Assembly: GCA_963779275.1 (NCBI GenBank)
Contig: CAVZXL010000007.1
Span: 522,163-586,162 of the forward strand
DNA from: Terriglobia bacterium
Lineage (GTDB): Bacteria; Acidobacteriota; Terriglobia; Acidiferrales; UBA7541
Length of the DNA: 64,000 nt
Direction: 5' to 3'
Shown here: piece by piece, positions 22,740-31,617 of the stretch
Numbering within the stretch: position 1 is the first letter of the stretch
Layout: each line of letters starts with the position of its first letter
The notes under the pieces: generated by a model
Database searches by the model: none
The model's input: the letters and a program-made list of their open reading frames with translations, nothing else
Told to the model about the DNA's origin: nothing
Translations under genes and position numbers: made by a program

Positions 22740-23134
22740 GAAGCGCGGTCCCGGCGTACGGCTGGGCGGTTCCAGTCCAACGCCCCTTTCTTCCAGAGAT
22801 AGAAATACCCCACCAGCAGAATCCCGATATAGAGGAGCATTTCCACAAACCCGAACCACCGCAATTGGCGAAAAATATAGGCCCAGGGGTACAGGAAGAT
22901 GGCTTCCACATCGAATAAAATAAATACCATCGCCACCAGATAAAATTTCACGGAAAACGGTTCGCGCGCATCGCCCGTCGGCGTCATGCCGCACTCATAC
23001 GCCTGGTTTTTAACCTTGGACGGCCTTCTCCAACCCACCAGGGAACTTAGCAGCAGGAGCACGCCTGAAAGCGCCATGGCCAGGACGAGGTGTAAAAGTA
23101 GCGGCGCGTAACTTTGTAGATCGTTTCCCATCAT
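22736..23134 (-). CDS. nuoA: NADH-quinone oxidoreductase subunit A (cluster 2)
   Basis: Intact ORF; start taken at MMGNDLQSYAPLLL. Motifs AYECGMTPTGDAREPFSVKFYLVAMVFILFDVEAIFLYPWA are typical of NuoA/ND3. Confidence 0.85.
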   Translation of the reverse strand: MMGNDLQSYAPLLLHLVLAMALSGVLLLLSSLVGWRRPSKVKNQAYECGMTPTGDAREPFSVKFYLVAMVFILFDVEAIFLYPWAYIFRQLRWFGFVEMLLYIGILLVGYFYLWKKGALDWNRPAVRRDRAS

Positions 23135-23218
23135 CGAAGCACAAGCTATAATAACGATGAAGCGGCAAGCGGTCAAATGCACTCGAAGAATAGATCGGCA
23201 ATGTACCAATTCTAATTA

Positions 23219-23908
23219 ATGGCAGGTTCGTCATCCATCCCAGCAGGGAAGGCGGTCCATCGCATGAACTTTGGTTTTAACTCGAATGTGCGCGTTGCCG
23301 AGGCCCTTTACCACGTCCAGACCGAGGACCGCGGCCCTTCGCATCCCTTCCTCGATACGGTCGTGTACGAAGCCGGCCGCGTTGTTTACAAACAGAGCAC
23401 GAGCTATGCGGATTTCGCCGCCGCTGCCGCCAAGCAGGGACTGGACCTGGCGCAGCAGCTGCACGAACGGCTCTCCAACCAGCATCGCGAAGTGATTGCC
23501 CAGCTGGAAGCGGGAACCCTGGCGCTTCACGGGAAGGAAACCTCGGCCCCCGCGCCTGCCGGGGAGCAAGCCGCCGACGGACTGGACGTCCACCTGTTAA
23601 ATCCGAAAACCTGGCTCGATTCCGGCAACGTCACGCTCGAAATCGAATTGCACCGCCGAAAATCCCGCCAGCCGGTGGAAGACGCCGAAGTCGAGGCCTT
23701 CGTGGAACGCGAAAAGCAGCGCACCCATTGCCAGGTTTCCCTGACCGATGCGGCCGGCAAAGTAACTCTCAAATTCCCAATGCCGCCCGCGGCCGGCGAC
23801 GGAGCCTCCCTGGTGATCCGCGCGACCGACGGATCCCTCTACGGCGAATTAAGGTTCCATCTCAAGCCCAAGCCCTCCGGACCGGTTCCCGCCACGGTTA
23901 TCAAATGA
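23219..23908 (+). CDS. Hypothetical protein (N-terminal YHVQTEDRG motif, C-terminal beta-rich half); alternative start ATG 23264
   Basis: Uninterrupted 229-aa ORF divergent from nuoA. AGGGAAGG lies 12 nt upstream of ATG 23264. I recognise no family. Confidence 0.55.
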   Translation: MAGSSSIPAGKAVHRMNFGFNSNVRVAEALYHVQTEDRGPSHPFLDTVVYEAGRVVYKQSTSYADFAAAAAKQGLDLAQQLHERLSNQHREVIAQLEAGTLALHGKETSAPAPAGEQAADGLDVHLLNPKTWLDSGNVTLEIELHRRKSRQPVEDAEVEAFVEREKQRTHCQVSLTDAAGKVTLKFPMPPAAGDGASLVIRATDGSLYGELRFHLKPKPSGPVPATVIK

Positions 23909-24117
23909 CCGAAGCCATCCGCATCGTGGTAAATGGAGACCCGCGCGAAGTTCCGGCCGGACTGCGCGTCGCCGGTCTGCTCGCTCACCTCGGCTTGCCC
24001 GCCGACCGCGTGGCCATCGAACGCAACCTCGAAATTCTCCCGCGCTCCCAATGGCCCGCCGCCGCCGTCGAGCCCGGCGACCGTTTCGAAATTGTGCACA
24101 TGGTTGGCGGAGGGTAG
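23905..24117 (+). CDS. thiS: ThiS/MoaD-like beta-grasp sulfur-carrier protein ending in GG
   Basis: 70 aa: MTEAIRIVVNGDPREVPAGLRVAGLLAHLGLPADRVAIERNLEILPRSQWPAAAVEPGDRFEIVHMVGGG*. The ATGA overlap couples it to the upstream ORF. Confidence 0.75.
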   Translation: MTEAIRIVVNGDPREVPAGLRVAGLLAHLGLPADRVAIERNLEILPRSQWPAAAVEPGDRFEIVHMVGGG

Positions 24118-24204
24118 GGCAGCTCGCGGCATTGGAGCTGGATGTCAAAGTGACTTCAAATGGATTGAAAAAGCATCTCGAGCTTGGATCTTAGGCCAGC
24201 TGTC

Positions 24205-24262
24205 GGGGCTTCGTTAGCCCCTCCGGACTAAAGTTCAGAACCATCAGGGGTTTTAACCCCTG
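24205..24262. repeat. Pair of GC-stem hairpins between convergent genes (GGGGCTTCGTTAGCCCC; CAGGGGTTTTAACCCCTG)
   Basis: Inverted repeats read directly at 24205..24221 and 24245..24262. They are probably bidirectional terminators or REP units. Confidence 0.55.
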
Positions 24263-24317
24263 AAAACTTAGACCTGCACGAGTAAACCGAACGTAACAAT
24301 ATTAGGACCGCACCATT

Positions 24318-24725
24318 TCACGCCTTTCGTTTTCGCGCCTTCAAATACTCCTCCCATGGCTCCCAGTAATATTTCCTCCAACCTTCGGTTACTCCCTTGT
24401 GGTCATACGGCGGCACGCCGACGTGGGACAAATACACAGTCGCGCCATCTTTGCCTTTCTCAAACCGGACGACGAGAACCGAATCCGGATCGCCCGATTT
24501 CCAGGCTGACGAGCGCCACGACTGCACGATCATGCGGTTTGGTACCAGAGCCAGATTCTTCCCGAGGATCATTCCCCCGAACGCAGACCATTTTCCTCCC
24601 ACCTTGCGGCTGACCTTGGCGGGCGCGCCGGTCGCGGCGGCGTGCTTCGCCGAATCCATAAAGAGTTGGTAGAGTTCCGCGGGAGTGCTCTTAAAGGTGA
24701 CGGATTGTTCGATGGCGGGAGTCAT
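24318..24725 (-). CDS. SRPBCC / AHSA1-like domain protein
   Basis: ORF 24318..24758; start taken at MTPAIEQSVTF. The overall pattern (FKSTPAELYQLFMDSAKHAAATG ... MIVQSWRSSAWKSGDPDSVLVVRFEK...) resembles Activator-of-Hsp90-ATPase-like SRPBCC proteins. Confidence 0.55.
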   Translation of the reverse strand: MTPAIEQSVTFKSTPAELYQLFMDSAKHAAATGAPAKVSRKVGGKWSAFGGMILGKNLALVPNRMIVQSWRSSAWKSGDPDSVLVVRFEKGKDGATVYLSHVGVPPYDHKGVTEGWRKYYWEPWEEYLKARKRKA

Positions 24726-24770
24726 CAAAGTCCTCCAGAATGGCTCTCTGAATTTCATTCCATACGGAAA

Positions 24771-25349
24771 TTACAAAGCGTCGAGCAGGTGCCCCATCTT
24801 CGTGCGCTTTGTTTCCATATAGGCGCGCGAAGTCCGCGAAATACGCGGCCGGCACGGCACGCGCTCGACCACGCGGATTCCGGCCTTCTCGAGTTGCTCC
24901 ACCTTGTCGGGATTGTTTGAGAGCAATCGCACGCGCCGCGCCCCCAGCAGCTTCAAGGCCGCCGCCGAAAACGCATAGTCCCGCGAATCGGCCGCGAAGC
25001 CAAGCTCTTCGTTGGCCTCGACCGTGTCCATGCCCTTATCCTGCAGTTCATAGGCGCGCAGCTTGTTCATCAGCCCGATGCCGCGCCCTTCCTGCGGCAA
25101 ATAAAGCAAAATGCCGCTGGGCGAATCGGCGATTCGGCGTAGCGACAATTCCAGTTGCGCGCGGCAATCGCAGCGCTCCGAAGCCAGCACGTCGCCCGTC
25201 AGGCATTGCGAGTGGATGCGCACCAGCGGCGTTTTCGTGCGTACCGGCCCATGCACCAGCGCCACCGCGCTTTCCTGCGGCGTGCGCCCCTCCAAGCCCA
25301 GAATCTCAAACGGCCCGAACCGCGTGGGCAGCTTGGCGCGCGCCACCAT
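24771..25349 (-). CDS. ribA: GTP cyclohydrolase II
   Basis: RIHSQCLTGDVLASERCDCRAQL and QEGRGIGLMNKLRAYELQDKGMDTVEANEELGF are RibA signature regions. Confidence 0.85.
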   Translation of the reverse strand: MVARAKLPTRFGPFEILGLEGRTPQESAVALVHGPVRTKTPLVRIHSQCLTGDVLASERCDCRAQLELSLRRIADSPSGILLYLPQEGRGIGLMNKLRAYELQDKGMDTVEANEELGFAADSRDYAFSAAALKLLGARRVRLLSNNPDKVEQLEKAGIRVVERVPCRPRISRTSRAYMETKRTKMGHLLDAL

Positions 25350-25519
25350 GCGGATGCGCGCGCCGGGCTTGCCGGCACGGTCTTGCGAACTTTTCGTCGT
25401 GTCTTGCGTGCCATAAAGAGCCCCGTATTATAGCAGGCGCGCGCCGCACGCGCCGCTTTACATCGGGCGGGCGATTGGCTAACGTAGCCGTGACGCGGCC
25501 GCCGCGCGCGATTTCCTTC

Positions 25520-26862
25520 ATGAATACACTCACCTATGGCGGGGATTTGCTGCTCACGCTGCTGCTGCATGTTGGCGCGGCGGCCTCCATCTGCGCCTGG
25601 CTGGCGCGTTCGGCCACGTTCCGCAAAGTCCTGTTCACCGAACTTCGCGACTCCGATCAGAAACTGAAGCTGCTGCTTTTCGTCACGCCTCCGCTGGCCT
25701 TCGGAGTCATTCTAAGGATGGTGGGCCGCCCGTACCGCGCCGCCGACCTCATGCTCGAGGGCTCGTTCCTGCTCGGCCTGTTGGGCGGTCGCGTCGTCGG
25801 GCCGCTGGGCGGATCGATCATCAGCCTGCCCGCGTTCTTTCATCATGAATGGCTGTCCATGCCCGTGGCGGCCACGGCAGGCTTGTCGGAGGCCTGATCC
25901 GCCTGACCGTTCCCAATACGGAGGAGATCTGGAAGCTGGGCCCGTTCACTTTCATGAGCACGCCGCGTTGGTTGATGCGGCTTTACCGCCGCAAAAAAGT
26001 CAGCTGGGAAATGCTGCCGCTGGGTGCGCTGGTCGTGCTGGAGCTGGCTCGCCAGGCGCTGGGCCACGCCACCAAGCCGCAATGGCTGTTTTACCTGGAC
26101 GTGGGAAAAGGCTGGGGCATTCCACTGGTTCTGCTATCGACCGTGATGGCCGTCGCCGTCCCCATGAAAATCTGGAACAACACGCGTATCGAAATGAATC
26201 TCGAGCAGCACCAGCAACTGCTGCTCAAAGCCCGCATGGACGCGCTCACCGCGCAAATCAATCCGCACTTTTTATTCAATACGCTCAACACCGTTTCTTC
26301 CCTGATCCGCTACGATCCGGACACGGCGCGCGGCGTGGTCATCAAGCTCAGCAACATTCTGCGGCGCCTCTTGCGCAAGCACGAGACGTTTGTGCCCTTG
26401 CAGGAAGAGCTCGATTTCATCGACGACTATCTCGACATCGAAGTCGCCCGCTTCGGCCACGACAATCTCCAGATTCATAAACACATCGACGAGCGCACCC
26501 TCGACGCCTTCGTCCCCAGCATGTTCCTGCAGCCCATCGTTGAAAACGCCCTCAAACACGGTCTGGCCGCAAAACTCGGCGTCGGCGAACTCACCATCGG
26601 CACCGCCACGCAGGACGGCCGCCTGGTGGTCACCATCGAAGACAACGGAGTTGGAATCCCCAAAGAACGCATGGGCAAGGTGTTCCAGGAGGGAATCGGA
26701 ATCAGCAATGTCCACGAGCGCTTGCGCGTGCTCTACGGCGCCGATTTCAAGATGGATATCTCCAGCCGCGAAGGGGAGGGAACTCGCATCCAGATCGAGA
26801 TCCCGGAACTGATCCCCGCGGCGCACGAAATCCCGGCAATTCTTCCTGCCACAAAAGTGTGA
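25520..26862 (+). pseudogene. LytS/YehU-family sensor histidine kinase, single frame break at 25885
   Basis: The membrane N-terminus (MNTLTYGGDLLLTLLLHVGAAA...) lies in the tail of ORF 24809..25897. ORF 25849..26862 carries INPHFLFNTLNTVSSLI (His_kinase) and the HATPase region IVENALKHG...DNGVGIP. Confidence 0.75.
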
Positions 26863-26899
26863 ACTTTCGTCCCATTCCCTGGTGCGGCTACTGCAAAAC

Positions 26900-26990
26900 T
26901 CCGTCATTCGAGAAGAATCCCTCTTCGAGTCCCGGGAGAGATTCCTCGCGGAGTTTACCCGGTCCCTTCCGGACTCGATTGAGAAAATTA
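26900..26990. repeat. Second repeat type (GTCATTCGAGAAGAATCCCTCTTCGAG...) between convergent genes
   Basis: Shares the core CATTC(C)GA-N-GAAGAATCCCTCTT with the element at 34094..34184. It contains the hairpin GAAGA-ATCCC-TCTTC. Confidence 0.5.
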
Positions 26991-27007
26991 AACGTGTCGG
27001 CGCGTGG

Positions 27008-30000
27008 TTAAAAAATCAATTTCAATCCAAGTTGAATTTGCCGCGGGTTCGTGGCTGTGGTCGTAATCAGCCCCGCCGAAGGGCTCACCGACGTTCCCGA
27101 AAATACTGTGGTGTTCGGCGGCCCGTAGTTGGAGCGGTTAAACAGGTTGAAAAACTCGGCGCGGAATTGCAGGTTGGTTTTCTCCGTAATCCCGGTGTTC
27201 TTGAACACGGAAAAGTCCACGTCGGCCAGGCCCGGCCCGCGCAGCGTGCCACGTCCGATATTTCCGTACGTTCCGGGTGCTGGGAGCAGGAACGCCGCGG
27301 GATTAAACCACTGGTTCGGGTCGCCGGTGATCGCCGAGCCTGTGAAGGCGGGATTAATCGAGACGCGGTCGGGATTTCGCGTGTCGCCGTCGCCCGATCG
27401 GTTCGATCCGGCCAGTGGCGTGAAGGGAAATCCGCTCAGAAACGTTCCGATCGCGTTGACCTGCCAGCCGCTCACGAATTTGCTTTCCACGCCGTTGATG
27501 TCGTTCATCCACCGCCGCCCGTGTCCCAGGGGAATTTCATACACCGCGGAAAGGCTGGCCTGGCTTGCGACATTGAGTGCCGAAGGTCCCCAATCGGCGC
27601 GCAAATTATTCCGGTTCAGGACCATCTGCGCCTGGTTGTTGGACTGCGCTCCGGTCAGCCCGGAATTGATGTCCAGATTTTTTGACCAGGTGTAATTGCC
27701 GCGGAATTCCAGGCCATTGCTGAATCGGTGCGTCACGTCCGCCTGCAGCGCGTTGTAGCTGCTGTTGCCCTCGGTCAGCCAGAAAAATCCGCCCGAAAGA
27801 AACTGGTTTGGCCGTTTTGCTCCGGGTCCCGGAATGTAAAGCGTTCCTTGCGGCACCGTGGGAGCAACATTGTTGAAGCTCGCCAGCGTTGCCACGCCGC
27901 CAGCGTTGCACGTCGCCGAACCGCAAATTTGCGCCGGGATGCTGTTGGAATCGATGCTCAGGAATTCGTGCACGCCGAACGACCCGACGTAGGCTACGCG
28001 CAGCGACGTGTTGCGCGATAGTTGCTGCTCCACGGAAAGATTCCACTCCTGAATCGTCGGAGTCTTCGCATTCTGCTGGATTCCCTGCGGCGCGAACGTG
28101 GTGCAAGTTCCAATAACGCCAGGGCCGCAACCCGGCGGCAGCGCCGTACTTGCCGTGATGGGCAAAAAGGAAGAGACCGAGCCTGTAAACGAAGCGGCCC
28201 CGTTGTAAGGCGGCAGCGAATTCAATAAGAAGGCGAGATCGTCAATCAGGGAATAATAAATTCCGCCGCCCGCTCGCACCGACGTCTTTCCGTTCCCGAA
28301 AACATCCCACGCCAGACCTACGCGCGGGCTGAACAGCCACTTGGCATTGTTCCGCGAGAAAACGGAATTGCCCAGCGACGGGTTGGTGATCAACACTCCA
28401 TTCGCATCAGTAAAATAATTCGCCGCCCTGCCGTAGGCCTCCGTCCAGCCCGTCGTGAATTCATGCCGCAGGCCGGCTTCTAAAGTCACATGGTGCGGCA
28501 GACGGATGGAATCCTCGACAAACCACGCCCCGAACAAACTTCTCCACCCCAGTTCCGTATGCTGCGGTACCACTTGAAACGAAGTAACCGTTCCTTTCAG
28601 GAACGTCGTGAGGCTCGCGAACGTAGCCTGCCCGAGCTGCCGCGAAGCGCTGTCCTCGTTGTCCTGCACACGCTGCAGCCACGCCCCCACGCTGATCTGG
28701 TGAATCCCGTGAACGATTCGCACGCTGTCCTGAAACGTAAAAAGGTTTCTGTGATTGGAAACTCCCGCGGCGTTGTTCGGTCCCGCCGATGTAATCGACC
28801 CGTTGGCCGTCGTCGTCGCGCCCCCTCCCACCACAATTCCTCCGGGCCCCGCGCCGGAAACAAACGAGAGACTGGAAGGGAACGTAGCCAGCGGAACCGA
28901 CCCAAGCGCGAACGACGCCCGCGAAAACCCGATCGTCGCCGTATTCAGAATATCGGGCGATACGACGTGCGTTTCGTTCAGGCTGAACACCTGCATGCGC
29001 AGCGGCGTGTACGACGCAAACAGCGGGTCGGCCAGCGGGATCAAGCTGTTGCCGTCGTCAATCGTGTAGGCGCCGGAAAGCGTATCACTCTTGCCCAGGT
29101 TGTAGTCCGTGCGCAGCGTTCCGAAATCTTCCTGAATGTGCGAGTTGGGATTGTAAAAGGCTTTCGCCGTTCCCGTGGGTACCAGCGCCGGAGGATTCAC
29201 GCAAGCCCCGGTCGAACGAACCATCAATTCGGGTCCATTGGGCGCCGGCCAAAACGACATGTACTGCAGCATCGTGGCATTCAAACCCGAAACCGGCGCG
29301 TAAACGCCCGTGCAGGCATTGGGCAACGACCCTTGGCGCGCCATCGGAGCCAGCGCCGTCCCCGAGTCGGGCACCACGCTCACGCTGCTCGCGTTCAACG
29401 ACTGCCGGAATCCCTCGTAATTTCCAAAAATAAAAAGCCGGTCTTTCTTCAGCGGTCCTCCGGCCGATCCTCCAAACTGATTCCTTTTGAAGGGAGGCAC
29501 CGTCCCCTGATCGAACGGCCCGGGCGAGTCCAGCGCGCTGTTGCGCACAAATTCAAAAACCGATCCATGAAATTGGTTCGTTCCGGACTGCGTCGCGACG
29601 CTCACCTGTGCCCCGGCACGCTTTCCGTACTCGGCCGAATACGTGTCGGTGAGCACGTTAAACTCGCGCACCGCGTCAATCCCCAAAAGCTCCCCGCTCA
29701 CCCCGCCCGGAGTGAGTGCCAACTGGCTCGATCCGGTGTACTCGATCCCGTTGAGCAGAAAAATATTTTCCCCGGTGCGCCGTCCCGCCACCGAGAATGT
29801 GTTCCCGTTGCTGGTGCTGGTATTGGGGCTTTTCAGCGCGCTGTAGTTGATCGTGCTGGGATTCAGAGCAATGAGATTGTCGAAGCTGCGCCCGTTGAGT
29901 GGAAGCTCCTTCACTTGGCGTTCGTCGACCACACCGGAAACCGACGCGGTCGTGGTATTGACCACAGGGGTGCCGGTAACATTGACCAAAAAGTCTGCCG

Positions 30001-30370
30001 GGGCCAACTCCAACGTGAGGTTTACCACCGCCTGCTGGCCGACCACCAAATTGATCCCAGAACCCACTGCAGCATGGAACCCATGTTGCTCCGCTTTCAC
30101 TTCCACCGGCCCCACCGGCAGAGAAAGTACCCGAAAGTAGCCTTCACTGTCTGTGGTGACAACCCGTGTAGCACCAGTTTCGATGATCTTTACGGTAACT
30201 GTTGCGTCCTTGACGGTTGCGCCTGAAGGATCCTCGATGGTGCCAACCACTGAAGCGGTGGCTTGGGCTCGGCTGTCTGTCGGAAACGCGAGCAATAGGC
30301 AGGCCACAAGAGAAATCCATATTATGGAAAGCCGCGAACGCATCGGCAAAATCACAGACTTCTCGTCCAC
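27008..30370 (-). CDS. TonB-dependent receptor with N-terminal carboxypeptidase-regulatory-like domain; probable start at 30343
   Basis: Uninterrupted 1120-aa ORF. Signal peptide MRSRLSIIWISLVACLLLAFPTDSRAQA, then VVGTIEDPSGATVKDATVTVK...SEGYFRVLSLPVGPVEV. The C-terminus ends ...NPRQIQLGLKLIF*, the aromatic terminal residue typical of outer-membrane barrels. Confidence 0.8.
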   Translation of the reverse strand: MDEKSVILPMRSRLSIIWISLVACLLLAFPTDSRAQATASVVGTIEDPSGATVKDATVTVKIIETGATRVVTTDSEGYFRVLSLPVGPVEVKAEQHGFHAAVGSGINLVVGQQAVVNLTLELAPADFLVNVTGTPVVNTTTASVSGVVDERQVKELPLNGRSFDNLIALNPSTINYSALKSPNTSTSNGNTFSVAGRRTGENIFLLNGIEYTGSSQLALTPGGVSGELLGIDAVREFNVLTDTYSAEYGKRAGAQVSVATQSGTNQFHGSVFEFVRNSALDSPGPFDQGTVPPFKRNQFGGSAGGPLKKDRLFIFGNYEGFRQSLNASSVSVVPDSGTALAPMARQGSLPNACTGVYAPVSGLNATMLQYMSFWPAPNGPELMVRSTGACVNPPALVPTGTAKAFYNPNSHIQEDFGTLRTDYNLGKSDTLSGAYTIDDGNSLIPLADPLFASYTPLRMQVFSLNETHVVSPDILNTATIGFSRASFALGSVPLATFPSSLSFVSGAGPGGIVVGGGATTTANGSITSAGPNNAAGVSNHRNLFTFQDSVRIVHGIHQISVGAWLQRVQDNEDSASRQLGQATFASLTTFLKGTVTSFQVVPQHTELGWRSLFGAWFVEDSIRLPHHVTLEAGLRHEFTTGWTEAYGRAANYFTDANGVLITNPSLGNSVFSRNNAKWLFSPRVGLAWDVFGNGKTSVRAGGGIYYSLIDDLAFLLNSLPPYNGAASFTGSVSSFLPITASTALPPGCGPGVIGTCTTFAPQGIQQNAKTPTIQEWNLSVEQQLSRNTSLRVAYVGSFGVHEFLSIDSNSIPAQICGSATCNAGGVATLASFNNVAPTVPQGTLYIPGPGAKRPNQFLSGGFFWLTEGNSSYNALQADVTHRFSNGLEFRGNYTWSKNLDINSGLTGAQSNNQAQMVLNRNNLRADWGPSALNVASQASLSAVYEIPLGHGRRWMNDINGVESKFVSGWQVNAIGTFLSGFPFTPLAGSNRSGDGDTRNPDRVSINPAFTGSAITGDPNQWFNPAAFLLPAPGTYGNIGRGTLRGPGLADVDFSVFKNTGITEKTNLQFRAEFFNLFNRSNYGPPNTTVFSGTSVSPSAGLITTTATNPRQIQLGLKLIF

Positions 30371-30477
30371 ACGATCCTCCCAAGCGGTGTGAGCTTTGTC
30401 CCCACGTCGATCCAGTGCACGACGCTTTCTTAATGTCTTTGGAAAAACAACAAAACATTACTAGTACTGCACAGTTC

Positions 30478-31617
30478 TCATGCTCCCGCCGCGCTCCCCG
30501 CCTCGATCACCTGACGGTAGTACGTCTCATACATCGGGATCACATCGTTGGCGCAGTATTTTTTCCGGGCATTCACCCGCGCCTTTTGTCCCATCGTGCG
30601 GCCCCGGTCCGCCGTCGACAATATTTCTAACGCGTATCTTGCACCAATTTCCACCTGTCCCGGTGTAAAAAGATACCCGTCGACTCCGTGCTCGACAACT
30701 TCAGGCAATCCGCCCACGTTCGTCGCCACCACCGGAACCTCGCAGGCCATGGCTTCGAGCGCGGCCAGGCCGAACGACTCCATTTCCGAGGGCAGCAGAA
30801 ACAGGTCCGCTTCGGACAAAAGCTGGTACACGCGGTCCTGCTTTCCCAGGAAATGCACGTGCCGTCCCAGCTTCTTCTTGCGCACCAGGTACTCGGCCGC
30901 GCTGCGGTCCGGCCCGTCTCCGATCAGCACCAGCTTCGAGGGCATTTTCTCGTGCACCAGCGCAAACATTTCCACGACGTCGGTGACGCGCTTCACCGGC
31001 CGGAAATTCGACAGGTGCATCAGGATGGCTTCGCCGCCCGGGGCCCACTGCGAGCGCAGCGCGGCATTCGGCGTCCGGCAGTACAGATCACAGTTGACGA
31101 AGTTCGGGATCACTTCGATGGGTCGCTTGATGTCGAACTCCTCGATCGTGCGCCGCTTCAGATAATGCGAAATCGCGGTCACGCCGTCGGACTGTTCGAT
31201 GGAAAATTTCGTGATGGGCAAAAAGCTGCGGTCGTTGCCTACCAGCGTGATGTCGGTCCCATGCAGCGTGGTAATGAAGGGCAGCCGTTTGGGCGCCGCC
31301 ATCATGCGTGCCAGCAGCGCGCTTACTGAATGCGGTATCGCGTAGTGCACGTGCAGCAGGTCGAGATTTTCAGCCTCCGCCACTTCCATCATTTTCACGG
31401 CAAGCGACAGTGCGTACGGCGCGTGGTCGAAAAGTGGGTAGCTGGAAATCTCCACTTCATGAAACTGAAGGTTCTGATTCGAGTCGGTCAGCCGGATCGG
31501 CGGAGCATAGCTGATGAAGTGAATTTCGTGCCCGCGCGCGGCCAGTTCCATTCCCAATTCCGTGGCCACCACGCCCGAGCCCCCATACGTAGGATAGCAA
31601 GTGATTCCAATCTTCAT
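30478..31617 (-). CDS. bshA: N-acetyl-alpha-D-glucosaminyl L-malate synthase (bacillithiol biosynthesis glycosyltransferase)
   Basis: MKIGITCYPTYGGSGVVATELGMELAARGHEIHFIS, LHGTDITLVG, SNFRPVKRV and ESFGLAALEAMACEVPVVATNVGGLPEVV align closely with Bacillus BshA as I remember it. Confidence 0.75.
   Translation of the reverse strand: MKIGITCYPTYGGSGVVATELGMELAARGHEIHFISYAPPIRLTDSNQNLQFHEVEISSYPLFDHAPYALSLAVKMMEVAEAENLDLLHVHYAIPHSVSALLARMMAAPKRLPFITTLHGTDITLVGNDRSFLPITKFSIEQSDGVTAISHYLKRRTIEEFDIKRPIEVIPNFVNCDLYCRTPNAALRSQWAPGGEAILMHLSNFRPVKRVTDVVEMFALVHEKMPSKLVLIGDGPDRSAAEYLVRKKKLGRHVHFLGKQDRVYQLLSEADLFLLPSEMESFGLAALEAMACEVPVVATNVGGLPEVVEHGVDGYLFTPGQVEIGARYALEILSTADRGRTMGQKARVNARKKYCANDVIPMYETYYRQVIEAGSAAGA

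Noticed and set aside
1538-22740. Programmed ribosomal frameshifting or transcriptional slippage as the cause of the frame changes
   Set aside because: There are dozens of events in many unrelated genes, with no shared slippery heptamer or downstream structure. Some are compensating pairs within a few tens of nucleotides. Known programmed shifts are single, conserved sites.
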